Virus record (IMG/VR): IMGVR_UViG_3300030511_000001
Span: 1-64,000 of that record
Source of the DNA: a virus
Taxonomy: Duplodnaviria > Caudoviricetes
Direction: 5' to 3' (one strand)
DNA: 64,000 nucleotides
A model generated the notes under the pieces. That model did not search any database. It was not told the origin of the DNA and saw only the letters and a program-made list of their open reading frames with translations. Both the position numbers and the translations under genes were made by a program. Below are positions 1-8,814 of this stretch, one piece after another; position 1 is the stretch's first letter; every line of letters starts with the position of its first letter.

Positions 1-16
1 CGGTCTCGACAAGGCA

Positions 17-493
17 ATGCCGCATAAGCAGTTCCTCACGTGGCTCGAGTCGCTGCGGCCCATCATCGGAATCGACACCGGCACGGCGGACAAGCCACAG
101 TTCGTCTCGCAGTACGCCGAGATCGCCGCGGCGTTCCGCGTGCTCCGTCTTTCGACGAAGGCGAAGATGCTCTCCGAACCGCTGCTCAACGACGCCGGCA
201 CGAAGGGCTCCACGATCGACTTCAAGATCGAGGTTGCCGGAGTCGCCGGCGGCGTCGACGTGAAGATCCCGCAGTCGTTCCCGGTGCTCGTGCAGTTCGC
301 GCGCGGGGACAAACGCAAATACGCGTTCGACGTCATGGTGGACATCAACCCCGGTCCGAACGAGACGCCGGTCATCACGCCGTACGCGGCGGCGGTCGAC
401 GCGGTGTCCGAGCAGGCCGTGGTCGACGAAATGGAGGAGTTCGAACAGGCGACCGGCGATCTGCCGAAGCTGCTCAACCTCGTCAACTTCTGA
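17..493 (+). CDS. hypothetical protein
   Basis: 158-aa ORF co-oriented with downstream genes; no family recognised. Confidence 0.5.
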   Translation: MPHKQFLTWLESLRPIIGIDTGTADKPQFVSQYAEIAAAFRVLRLSTKAKMLSEPLLNDAGTKGSTIDFKIEVAGVAGGVDVKIPQSFPVLVQFARGDKRKYAFDVMVDINPGPNETPVITPYAAAVDAVSEQAVVDEMEEFEQATGDLPKLLNLVNF

Positions 494-511
494 CCATCGA
501 GCGGAAGTGCG

Positions 512-751
512 TTGCCGCTGCGCGTCTTCATCGACTTTCTGGTGACGGGCACCGAGGCGGCGATAGAGGCGTTCCGCAAACTCGGTGACGCGTTTAAGGA
601 GCTCGCTGACCGCATGAAGGCCAATACGATCGCAATCCCCACGAACGACACGCTGGTGGCCGAGCTGGCCGAGTGGCGCCCGGACGGCGGGATCAGAACG
701 CGAGAGGAAGCCGAAAAGCGGGCGCGGGACATCCTTCGCCGCGACTACTGA
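512..751 (+). CDS. hypothetical protein
   Basis: 79-aa helical ORF followed by a terminator. Confidence 0.55.
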   Translation: MPLRVFIDFLVTGTEAAIEAFRKLGDAFKELADRMKANTIAIPTNDTLVAELAEWRPDGGIRTREEAEKRARDILRRDY

Positions 752-776
752 CGCGAAGCCCTACCCCGGGGATGAG

Positions 777-808
777 GCGGCGCCGGCGAACCCGGCGCCG
801 TCTTTTTT
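777..808 (+). terminator. intrinsic terminator
   Basis: GGCGGCGCCGG/CCGGCGCCGTC stem followed by a T-run. Confidence 0.8.
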
Positions 809-809
809 C

Positions 810-837
810 TTGACGTTCATTCGTCGTGACGTAGAAT
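810..837 (+). promoter_or_regulatory. sigma70-type promoter carrying repeated motif TTCGNCGTGAYGTAGAAT
   Basis: TTGACG-16 nt-TAGAAT; motif recurs 6-8 times in the window. Confidence 0.75.
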
Positions 838-863
838 GATTCGCATCGAATGGAGACCGACGA

Positions 864-1901
864 ATGAGCATCGAAACGAGCATCGAATGGACGGTGCAGC
901 GGTTGCCGGATGGCCGGGTGGTCATCGGCTCCACGACGAACGGGTGGAGCGGTTGCACCAAGCACCTGCTGCCGAGCGGCAAAGTCGATCCGGAGTGCGT
1001 GCCGTGCTACGCCGAGCGTGAAGAAGACGCGCGCCGCGGCCGCTCGCAGTGGGGCAAGGGCAAGCCGCGCACGCAGTTCAAGACGTGGAAGAAGACGCTC
1101 GCGAAGCTGAACGAGGCCGCGAAGCGTCAGGGCGTCTATCCGTTCAACTTCATCTCGTCGCTCTCCGACTGGGCCGACCAGGACGCGATGGTCCCCGAAG
1201 CGTGGCGGGACGAGCTCGTCGACGCGGCGCTCGCCGCGGATCACATGACGCACCTGTTTCTCACGAAGCGCGCCGTCGAGGGTGCGGCGTACATGATGCG
1301 GCGTTTCCCGAATGGCCTTCCGCCGCACTTCTGGTTTGGCGTGAGCGCGGGCGAGCCCGAGGGACTGCGGTGGCGTCTCGAGGCCGCGCAGCGCGTGAAG
1401 GCCGACGTCCTGTTCATCAGCATGGAACCGCTCGCCGAGGACTGTGCCGAACACCTTGACGCGATGCTCCGCAGCGGCCTCCGTCTGGACTGGCTGCTGA
1501 CCGGCGGGCCGAGCGGGCCGTTCGACGACATGACGTATCCGAGCGGCAAGCGCGTCGTGGGTGCATGGCGATCCGTTGCGCACTCGTCGTGGTATGCAGG
1601 CGTCCTCGACGTGGCGGGCGCGTACGGCGTTCGCCGGCACCTGAAACAGTGGGGCAACTTCGCGCCGCTCGACCAGTCGCAGGCCGGCGTCATGCCGACG
1701 CGAGGCGTCCGCGTCTCGCGCGGCGGCGAGCGGGAGCTCGTGAAGGACGGCCTCGTCGCCCGTGACGTCTGGACCGACACCGACAGCAGCAACTGGGAGT
1801 TTCACGGCTTCCTCGGCGGATCGAACGGCAAGCACGCGCACGGCCGCATGCTGAACGGCGTCACCTACGACGAGCACCCCGCCGTGAGGTACGACGCATG
1901 A
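864..1901 (+). CDS. DUF5131 / phage Gp37-Gp68 family radical-SAM-like protein
   Basis: N-terminal SIEWT...GWSGC...ECVPCYA, LFLTKR, FGVS, FISMEPL, LDWLLTGG.SG, LKQWG, HGRMLNG.TYDEHP. Confidence 0.85.
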   Translation: MSIETSIEWTVQRLPDGRVVIGSTTNGWSGCTKHLLPSGKVDPECVPCYAEREEDARRGRSQWGKGKPRTQFKTWKKTLAKLNEAAKRQGVYPFNFISSLSDWADQDAMVPEAWRDELVDAALAADHMTHLFLTKRAVEGAAYMMRRFPNGLPPHFWFGVSAGEPEGLRWRLEAAQRVKADVLFISMEPLAEDCAEHLDAMLRSGLRLDWLLTGGPSGPFDDMTYPSGKRVVGAWRSVAHSSWYAGVLDVAGAYGVRRHLKQWGNFAPLDQSQAGVMPTRGVRVSRGGERELVKDGLVARDVWTDTDSSNWEFHGFLGGSNGKHAHGRMLNGVTYDEHPAVRYDA

Positions 1902-2122
1902 CCGAGATGCGCGTCTACCTCGCCGAGCCCGGCGAATCGCTGACCATCCACGTCGAGACGTTCGACGAAAACAACGTCCGCTATGAGTTCCCGATCGAGA
2001 TCACCGTGCAGCAGCAGGACAAGCCCCGCCTCGTCGGTGTGAAGGTCATGAACACGCCGGTGCTGTTGCGCGGTCTCGATTCGGTGTTCCACCTCGGCGG
2101 ACAGCAAGAGGCGGGCGACTGA
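1898..2122 (+). CDS. hypothetical protein
   Basis: 74 aa, ATGA overlap with upstream gene. Confidence 0.65.
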   Translation: MTEMRVYLAEPGESLTIHVETFDENNVRYEFPIEITVQQQDKPRLVGVKVMNTPVLLRGLDSVFHLGGQQEAGD

Positions 2123-2123
2123 C

Positions 2124-2990
2124 GTGGGCCGCCAACTCGTCACGCGGCCGCCGATGCGCTACTTCGGCGGGAAGTGGGTGATTGCGCCGTGGATCATCGG
2201 CAACCTGCCGGAGCACCGCGTCTATGTCGAGCCGTACGGCGGCGGAGCGTCGGTCCTGCTGCGCAAGCGCCGGTGCTATTCCGAGGTGTACAACGATCTC
2301 GACGGCGAGGTGGTGAACGTCTTCCGGGTGCTTCAGAATCCCGAGACGGCCGCGCAGCTCCGCGAGCTCCTGCACCTGACGCCGTTCGCTCGCGACGAGT
2401 TCCGGCTGTCCTTCAATGACGATGAGACCGTGAGCGACGTGGAGCGAGCGCGGCGCACGATCATGCTCTCGCTCATGGGGTTCGGTGCCGATGCGATGCT
2501 GCGCCTCTCGACGGGCTTCCGCGCTGTATCGAACCGCTCCGGCACGACGCCGGCGCACGACTGGGCGAACTATCCAGATTGCATCCCGGCCTTCGTCGAG
2601 CGGCTGCGCGGCGTTGTGATTGAGAACCGCGACGCGCTCGAGATCATCGCGCAGCACGACAGCCCGTCGACGCTGTTCTACGTCGATCCGCCCTACGTGC
2701 ACGACACGCGATCGCGGAAGACGAACCGCAAGAGCGGACGACTAAAGGCGCACGGCTACCGTCACGAGATGACGGACGACGAGCACCGCGCTCTCGCCGC
2801 CACGCTTCACCAAGTCAGCGGCCGCGTGGCGATCAGCGGCTACCACTCGCCGCTCTACGACGAACTGTATGGCGATTGGCAGAGCGTCGAGAAGCCGACG
2901 CACGCCGATGGCGCACGCGATCGTCTTGAGGTGCTGTGGCTCTCGCCGCGTGCCGTGGTGCAGCAGAAGCTGCTGGCGGTGAATCAGTGA
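2124..2990 (+). CDS. dam: DNA adenine methyltransferase (Dam / D12 class)
   Basis: YFGGKW, YVEPYGGGASV, EVYNDLD, IENRDAL, FYVDPPY. Confidence 0.92.
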   Translation: MGRQLVTRPPMRYFGGKWVIAPWIIGNLPEHRVYVEPYGGGASVLLRKRRCYSEVYNDLDGEVVNVFRVLQNPETAAQLRELLHLTPFARDEFRLSFNDDETVSDVERARRTIMLSLMGFGADAMLRLSTGFRAVSNRSGTTPAHDWANYPDCIPAFVERLRGVVIENRDALEIIAQHDSPSTLFYVDPPYVHDTRSRKTNRKSGRLKAHGYRHEMTDDEHRALAATLHQVSGRVAISGYHSPLYDELYGDWQSVEKPTHADGARDRLEVLWLSPRAVVQQKLLAVNQ

Positions 2991-3241
2991 CGAAGGACCG
3001 CACGCTGTTCTGCAACCGGAAGCCGGACGCCTATCCAGTCGGGGATCCGGCACCGTGTTCCTTCAAGCTCACGCTCGAAACGTACGGCATGAGCACGGCC
3101 ATCCGCGGGCGCTGCACCGTCCATGAGGGCGGGGAGCTCGTCATCCACACCCGCGTCACGATCGGCACGCAGCTCAAGCTGATCGGTGACGGCGCCATCG
3201 CCGTCGAGGAGACGCTGACGGTGGCCCGGAGGGAATCGTGA
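2987..3241 (+). CDS. hypothetical protein
   Basis: GTG overlapping the dam stop (MTKDRTLFC...). Confidence 0.6.
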   Translation: MTKDRTLFCNRKPDAYPVGDPAPCSFKLTLETYGMSTAIRGRCTVHEGGELVIHTRVTIGTQLKLIGDGAIAVEETLTVARRES

Positions 3242-4014
3242 CCGGAAATCAGCGGTGGCGCGAGGGCCGCGCCAGCTACCGGCCTGCCGCCGAGACGATC
3301 GTCACCGCCGAGTACTCGGTCGAGGCGCTTCCGGAGCTCGACGCGAAGTCGTTCGTGGTCGAGCACCACTACTCGAGCTCCTACCCGGCGGCGCGCGGGC
3401 GGTTCGGCCTGTTCCACCGCTCGCACCTCGTCGGCGTCGCGGTGCTCTCGCACCCGTGCAGCGATCGCGTCCTGACGAACGTTTTCCCGGGCGTCCCGAC
3501 GCTCGAAGCCGTGGAGCTCGGCCGGTTCGTTCTGCTCGACCGCGTGCCGGGCAACGGCGAGACCTGGTTTCTCGCGCGCGTCTTCCACGCGCTGCGCCGC
3601 GAGGGCTTCGCTGGCGTCGTGTCGTTTTCCGATCCGGTCGCGCGCACCTCGGCCGCCGGCGATGTCGTGTTCCCCGGTCACATCGGGACCATCTACCAGG
3701 CACACAACGCCGCCTATCTCGGGCTCTCGACGCCGCGATCGCTGCGCCTCCTGCCGAACGGAAAGGTGCTTTCCGACCGCGCGATTCAGAAGGTCCGCGG
3801 CGGGGAGCGCGGGTGGGGCCGTGTCGTCGAGTTGCTGTGCGAACACGGCGCGCCGCCCTTTGGCGGTGATCGGCGCGAGTGGCTTCAGCGCGCGCTGCAG
3901 GTGACGACACGCGTCCTCCGCCACGGCGGGAATCACCGGTACGCTTGGGGACTCACGCCGAGCACGCGGCGGCAGCTCGAGGGCGGGCCGTACCCGAAGA
4001 AGGTGGCGGCGTGA
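3238..4014 (+). CDS. Mom-like (GNAT-fold) DNA modification protein
   Basis: FVVEHHYS, LVGVAV, VELGRFVL.D, GETWFLAR, VVSFSDP, GHIGTIYQA.N..YLG resemble Mu Mom homologs. Confidence 0.75.
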   Translation: MTGNQRWREGRASYRPAAETIVTAEYSVEALPELDAKSFVVEHHYSSSYPAARGRFGLFHRSHLVGVAVLSHPCSDRVLTNVFPGVPTLEAVELGRFVLLDRVPGNGETWFLARVFHALRREGFAGVVSFSDPVARTSAAGDVVFPGHIGTIYQAHNAAYLGLSTPRSLRLLPNGKVLSDRAIQKVRGGERGWGRVVELLCEHGAPPFGGDRREWLQRALQVTTRVLRHGGNHRYAWGLTPSTRRQLEGGPYPKKVAA

Positions 4015-4184
4015 AGCGCATCAGCGTCGTTCCGCATTGGCACGTCGGGAGCCCGTACGTCGACGCGCCGTTTAGCATCGCGATCAACGCGCATCGGTGG
4101 GCGCTCGGCCTCGTCGTGCACACGTGGGGGCTGCGGGTGCTTTTCTTCGCATGGCACCTCTGCATCCACTGGGGGCGTCGGTGA
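4011..4184 (+). CDS. small hydrophobic hypothetical protein
   Basis: 57 aa, overlapping start/stop on both sides. Confidence 0.55.
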   Translation: MKRISVVPHWHVGSPYVDAPFSIAINAHRWALGLVVHTWGLRVLFFAWHLCIHWGRR

Positions 4185-4909
4185 TGTTCTTCGTCGGCCT
4201 CCATCAGCCGAGCGACGCGCGGCACTTCGATCGAGCGTTCGTGAGCGTGAACCGTCTGCGCGGCCGCCGCTCCGATTTCGAGGTGCACGAGTGGATCATG
4301 GACTCGGGCGCCTTCACGGAGATCGCTACGCATGGCCGCTACCGCGCGAGCGTCGACGAGTACGCGGCGCAGGTCCGCCGCTGGCGCACGTGCGGCAGCA
4401 TGCGCGCGGCAGTCGCGCAGGACTGGATGTGCGAGCCGTGGATCGTGAAGAAAACCGGCCTGACGGTGGCCGAGCACCAGCGCCTCACGGTCGAGCGGTT
4501 CGACGCGCTGCGCGACCTCGTCGCCGGCGACGCGTACATCCTGCCGGTGCTTCAGGGCTACACCGTCGCCGACTATCTTCGCCACGTTGACGCGTACGGT
4601 GGCCGCCTGGCACCGGGGCAATGGGTGGGCGTCGGCAGCGTGTGCAAGCGGAACGCGAATGTCCGCGAGGTGGAAGCGATCCTCGCAGCGATCCGCAAAG
4701 CGCGTCCGGACCTTCGTCTACACGGCTTCGGATTGAAGATCACCGCATTACAGAGCGCCATTGTGCGCGACGCGCTCTACAGCGCCGACTCAATGGCGTG
4801 GAGCTACAACGCCCGCAAACACGGCCGCAATGCGAACGACTGGCGCGAGGCCGCGCGCTTCGCTGAACGCATTGAGCGGATGCCCGCACAGCAGTCGATT
4901 TTCCATTGA
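4184..4909 (+). CDS. TGT-fold / DpdA-like base-exchange protein
   Basis: WIMDSGAF, QDWMCEP, LPVLQG, VGVGSVC, LHGFG, SADSMAW typical of tRNA-guanine-transglycosylase-like TIM barrels. Confidence 0.7.
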   Translation: MFFVGLHQPSDARHFDRAFVSVNRLRGRRSDFEVHEWIMDSGAFTEIATHGRYRASVDEYAAQVRRWRTCGSMRAAVAQDWMCEPWIVKKTGLTVAEHQRLTVERFDALRDLVAGDAYILPVLQGYTVADYLRHVDAYGGRLAPGQWVGVGSVCKRNANVREVEAILAAIRKARPDLRLHGFGLKITALQSAIVRDALYSADSMAWSYNARKHGRNANDWREAARFAERIERMPAQQSIFH

Positions 4910-4938
4910 GCAGGAGGAATAAAATCATTGACATCTTA

Positions 4939-4951
4939 CCCCCCCCCCCCC
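4939..4951 (+). repeat. poly-C13 homopolymer tract at 5' end of methyltransferase gene
   Basis: 13 consecutive C, between TTGACA (4928-4933) and TACACT (4955-4960). Confidence 0.95.
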
Positions 4952-4985
4952 TCCTACACTGCGCCCGTACTATGACGACGGCACG

Positions 4986-5771
4986 GTGCAGATTTTCCAC
5001 GGAGACTGCCGCGAGGTGATACCGCAACTCGCCGCGCAGTCGATCGACCTGTTGCTGACCGACCCGCCGTACGGGCAGCAGTTCCAAGGTCAGGCGCTCA
5101 TCACCGCGAAGGCGAACATTCGCGCGGATGGAGCGCGGCAGGGCATGCGCCTTGTGCGGCAGATGCTGTTCGCGATCGTCGAGGAAGGCCGCGTGATGAA
5201 GCCAGACGCGCACGCCTATCTCTTCTGCCACTGGGAGTCCTGGCCGGACTTCTACGACGCGGCGAGCAGCTACATGAAGATCCAGAACGCGCTCGTTTGG
5301 TTCAAGAATCGCGGCGGCAGCGGCGACACCGAGTACGAGTACGCGCGCGACTATGAGGTGATCCTCTACGGGCTCACGGGCCGCGGCAGGCCGCTCGCCG
5401 GCCGACGCGATGGAGCTGTCATCGCCGGCATCCCGCCCGTCCTCGGTGACCGGCTCCACCCCACCGAAAAGCCCGAGAAACTGTTCCGCTATCTGATCGA
5501 GAAGTCGTGTCCCGTGGGCGGCGTCGTGCTCGACCCGTTCGGCGGAGCGATGCCCGCAGCTCGCGCGGCGAAGGCGTGCGGCCGCCGGGCCGTCGTGATC
5601 GAGATCGAGGAGCGGTATTGCGAGATCGGCGCGGAGCTCATGCGCCAAACGCCCCTGTTCGTGCCGGCGCCGGTTGCGCCGCCGGCGGTGCAGATGGAGG
5701 GCGGGCTGTTCGGCGGGATGCCCGAGCTGCAGCCCGAAGTGACCGACGAGGAGGAGGCGATCGCCGAATGA
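4986..5771 (+). CDS. DNA methyltransferase, N4/N6 family (true start probably upstream of or across the C tract)
   Basis: PYYDDGTVQIFHGDCRE, LLTDPPYG, HPTEKP, VLDPFGG, IEIEERYCE. Confidence 0.9.
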   Translation: MQIFHGDCREVIPQLAAQSIDLLLTDPPYGQQFQGQALITAKANIRADGARQGMRLVRQMLFAIVEEGRVMKPDAHAYLFCHWESWPDFYDAASSYMKIQNALVWFKNRGGSGDTEYEYARDYEVILYGLTGRGRPLAGRRDGAVIAGIPPVLGDRLHPTEKPEKLFRYLIEKSCPVGGVVLDPFGGAMPAARAAKACGRRAVVIEIEERYCEIGAELMRQTPLFVPAPVAPPAVQMEGGLFGGMPELQPEVTDEEEAIAE

Positions 5772-6292
5772 CGACGACGTCGTGGCACGAGTTCAAAGGC
5801 TCCGGCCTGTTCTGCGATATGCGCGGCTGCGGCCAGGCCCACTCCGCCGCGGTGCATCAGAAACCAGCGCCGGCGCCGACCACCGAGACGGCGCGGCCGC
5901 ATCGGTACGTCGCGAACCCGGCGTGCTGCACGTTCCCTGTCGACGACGCGGTGCACATCGAAACGCGGTACGACCATGCGCCAGGCGCGCACACGATCGA
6001 CGAGGCGTATGAGGAGTTCCATCGGAACAACCCGCGCGTGTTCGACGAGCTCGTGAAGCTCGCGCGCGAGGCGCAGGCCGCCGGCGCGAAGCACTACGGC
6101 ATCGCCGCGCTGTTCGAAGTGCTCCGGTGGCACCGGCTGAAGAGTGGCGAGGTGATCCCCGACGACGACGGGTTCAAGCTGAACAACAACCTCCGCGCCG
6201 TGTACGCCCGCAAGATCATGGAAGCGCATCCGGAGCTCGCCGGCTTCTTCCGGACCCGAGCTCGAGCAGGCGAGGAGCCCGCCGATGGATAG
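5768..6292 (+). CDS. conserved phage hypothetical protein
   Basis: C-terminal FHRNNPRVF...LFEVLRW...FKLNNN...YARKIM...FFRTR recalled from phage hypotheticals. Confidence 0.75.
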   Translation: MTTTSWHEFKGSGLFCDMRGCGQAHSAAVHQKPAPAPTTETARPHRYVANPACCTFPVDDAVHIETRYDHAPGAHTIDEAYEEFHRNNPRVFDELVKLAREAQAAGAKHYGIAALFEVLRWHRLKSGEVIPDDDGFKLNNNLRAVYARKIMEAHPELAGFFRTRARAGEEPADG

Positions 6293-6500
6293 CGCGAAGC
6301 TGCTCGGCATCATTCGGATTCTCGTCGGCGGCGAGGACTGCTACGCACCCACCGCGTTCGGAGCCGACAACTTTGTCTCGCAGCACTGCACGAACCCCGT
6401 CACCCACATCGGCACCAGCGGCGACGCGCGATGCAGCGAGCACCTTTCACACTTCACCGACCGCGGCGAGGAGTTCGTCGCGCTGGAACCGGAGCCATGA
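6285..6500 (+). CDS. hypothetical protein
   Basis: 71 aa, coupled overlaps. Confidence 0.6.
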   Translation: MDSAKLLGIIRILVGGEDCYAPTAFGADNFVSQHCTNPVTHIGTSGDARCSEHLSHFTDRGEEFVALEPEP

Positions 6501-6982
6501 AGCACTATCAGCGCGGCCACTGCACTCACACGGAAGTCGCTGGCGTGATCGGCGTCGAGTGGTGCGTGTGCGGGCACGTCTGGCAGCTCGGCACGCGGCA
6601 CGACTGCATTTGCCCGGTTTGTCCGGCGTCGACTGCCGATGACCGGCGCAATGTCCTCTGGAATTCGTTGCTCGAGGGCGCGGCAATGCGGTGGATCAAT
6701 ACGCTGCCGGTGAAGCCGTACAACGAAGGCACCGTGCGGGAGCGGGAGGAGGACATCATCATTTCGCGGCGTCCCGGCACGATGACGCACCTCTCGTATC
6801 GTCTCCTGACGGGAAAGCGCGTCCGCACCAGTGGCCGATCGCTCTTTGAGGCGGCGCAGCACCTATCGATGGAACTGCGCAGGAGACATCACCCGATGCC
6901 GCCCACATATCTCTATGAACTGCAGCAGCAGGTGTGGAACATCTTTCAGGCCGTTCGGCGTGATGTAGAATCGCCATCATGA
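6497..6982 (+). CDS. Cys-rich hypothetical protein
   Basis: ATGA overlap, CxCGH and CxCxxC motifs. Confidence 0.6.
   Translation: MKHYQRGHCTHTEVAGVIGVEWCVCGHVWQLGTRHDCICPVCPASTADDRRNVLWNSLLEGAAMRWINTLPVKPYNEGTVREREEDIIISRRPGTMTHLSYRLLTGKRVRTSGRSLFEAAQHLSMELRRRHHPMPPTYLYELQQQVWNIFQAVRRDVESPS
6954..6971 (+). promoter_or_regulatory. repeated promoter motif copy (leaderless to ATG 6979)
   Basis: TTCGGCGTGATGTAGAAT; ATG 7 nt after -10. Confidence 0.7.
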
Positions 6983-7503
6983 ACGAAGAACGATCCGCAC
7001 GCATCCGCGCCGCATGGGCGAAGGTCCGATCGACCGGCATGGCGCTCCTATTTCGACTCGGGCCGATCATCGCCGGCGCGGCGCTAATCGTCGGCTTCTT
7101 CACCGCGCTCTGGTATCTCGTCCTCCGTCCGCTCGGCAGCGGCGCGACCGGCCTTTATGACGAGTTTTTGAAGGCGTTTCGCGACGCCGATCCGAATCTG
7201 CGACTCATCGTCGCGAGCGTGATGGTGCTGGCGTTTCTCGCGGTGATCTTCTGGCGGCCGAGACGTCCGGTCGTCAACAACGCCGACACGTCGATCGATC
7301 CGTTCCAGCTCAACATCCTCGCCGGCGACGGGCAACGCTTCACGCCGCGGCACGTCGTCTACGTGAACATGCTGCCGGCGCCGACGCAGTTCGTTTCCGC
7401 GAATCACCTGACCGTGTACATCACCCGACAGCACCTCATCGCGAACACGGCGGGCGTGCCGAACATCATCGTCGAGGTGAAACGGTCGAACGTTCCCACG
7501 TGA
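6979..7503 (+). CDS. membrane protein
   Basis: two hydrophobic segments. Confidence 0.7.
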   Translation: MNEERSARIRAAWAKVRSTGMALLFRLGPIIAGAALIVGFFTALWYLVLRPLGSGATGLYDEFLKAFRDADPNLRLIVASVMVLAFLAVIFWRPRRPVVNNADTSIDPFQLNILAGDGQRFTPRHVVYVNMLPAPTQFVSANHLTVYITRQHLIANTAGVPNIIVEVKRSNVPT

Positions 7504-7554
7504 CCAAACGCGTGACCCGGCCAAGGTCGGCACGCGAATTTGAAGGAGGAGACC

Positions 7555-8145
7555 ATGGCAGACGAACCCAACACCCCGCCGGCAGAAACCCCGGCACATA
7601 CACCGACCGCACCGACCGGCGACGCCGGAAGCGCAGCGGCGGATCCCGCTGCGGCCACGACGGACGCCGGGGCCAACACCACCGAGGCGATCGGCGAGAC
7701 CGCGCCGGAGCTCGAGACCGAGGCGGATGTCGACGGCCCGAGCATCAGCCCGTCGACGATCAACACGCGCGAGACGGCCGACGCGATCTCGCACACCATC
7801 CCGCTCGACGTGGCGACGGTCGACGAGATCGCCGACTACCTCGACGACGGTTTCGCGCCCGAGGTGCGGCGCTTCATGAACACGCACCCCGGCGTCCGTC
7901 ACATGATGACGATCGCCGTACACGCCCAGGGCGAGATCGTTCACGCGTTCGACGTGCAGCGCGATCTCGCCCTCGCGCGCGACGCGAAGGCCGACACCGA
8001 CCGCCTCGACCAGTACCTCCGCAGCCGCTTCGCGCTCGAGTACGCGAACGGCGGGAATCCGGTCGACGTGGTCATTCGCCTCCTCGACAAGTTCTCGCCG
8101 CGTTCGGCCGCCGAGGCGGGTTTGGCGGCCGCGACGGGCCGTTAG
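7555..8145 (+). CDS. hypothetical protein with acidic low-complexity N-terminus
   Basis: AAGGAGG RBS, MADEPNTPP... Confidence 0.75.
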   Translation: MADEPNTPPAETPAHTPTAPTGDAGSAAADPAAATTDAGANTTEAIGETAPELETEADVDGPSISPSTINTRETADAISHTIPLDVATVDEIADYLDDGFAPEVRRFMNTHPGVRHMMTIAVHAQGEIVHAFDVQRDLALARDAKADTDRLDQYLRSRFALEYANGGNPVDVVIRLLDKFSPRSAAEAGLAAATGR

Positions 8146-8177
8146 GCGGTAGAATCCGCCACGTCAAAGGAGGATCG

Positions 8178-8636
8178 ATGCGACTGACCCGCTCTCTCAT
8201 CCCGGTTCTCATGCTCCTGCTCGCGCTTCCGGCTGTCGCCGGCTGGACGAACGAGCCCGTCGTCCCGAACATCAGCTTCACGGCCGCCGGCGACGCGAAC
8301 GTGACCGGTGTCGCCGTCACCGACTACTCGTACCGCGTCGACGGGGATGTGATGCACGTCTCCGTGGCGATGACGGGCAATCTGTCGGAGATGGCGCCCG
8401 AGCTCTACGTGAACATCCCCGGCGCGATGCGCGCGAACCGCGTCCATCGAAGCGGGGGCGTGAACCTGAAGGTGGGCACGGTCACGGCCGCCGCCGAATG
8501 GTCGACCGCCGGCACGCAGATCGTCGTCAAACGTTTGGACGGTCAGCAGATCGCGCCCGGCCCGGTCGGCATCAGCTTCGTGATCGCGATCGACGCCATT
8601 CCGCGCAGCTCCGTCCCTCCCGGTCCAGATCTGTAA
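8178..8636 (+). CDS. secreted beta-rich protein
   Basis: AAGGAGG RBS; signal peptide MRLTRSLIPVLMLLLALPAVA. Confidence 0.75.
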   Translation: MRLTRSLIPVLMLLLALPAVAGWTNEPVVPNISFTAAGDANVTGVAVTDYSYRVDGDVMHVSVAMTGNLSEMAPELYVNIPGAMRANRVHRSGGVNLKVGTVTAAAEWSTAGTQIVVKRLDGQQIAPGPVGISFVIAIDAIPRSSVPPGPDL

Positions 8637-8665
8637 CCGCCCCAACCCCTTCCCCAACCTGCCAG

Positions 8666-8703
8666 CGTACGGCCCGCCTGAGAACGGCGGGCCGTACGTT
8701 TTT
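8666..8703 (+). terminator. intrinsic terminator
   Basis: 13-bp stem CGTACGGCCCGCC/GGCGGGCCGTACG plus T-run. Confidence 0.9.
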
Positions 8704-8727
8704 CAAGGGATTGACTTCCGTCCCCAG

Positions 8728-8755
8728 TTGCGAAGTCTCCCCGCCTCTGTGCGAC
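8728..8755 (+). repeat. 28-bp repeat copy 1 (candidate late promoter)
   Basis: TTGCGAAGTCTCCCCGCCTCTGTGCGAC; copy 2 at 47687-47714 with 1 mismatch. Confidence 0.8.
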
Positions 8756-8814
8756 TCTCCTGAGAACGGCCCCGGTTCAATCGGTCCCGCGGCCTACAAC
8801 TGAGGAGGTTCGCA

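Noticed and set aside
7500-8177. 378-aa ORF 7500-8636 and 779-aa ORF 15170-17509 as single genes
   Set aside because: Only the C-terminal parts (from 8178 and 16910) have an RBS and signal peptide; upstream parts overlap real genes in another frame
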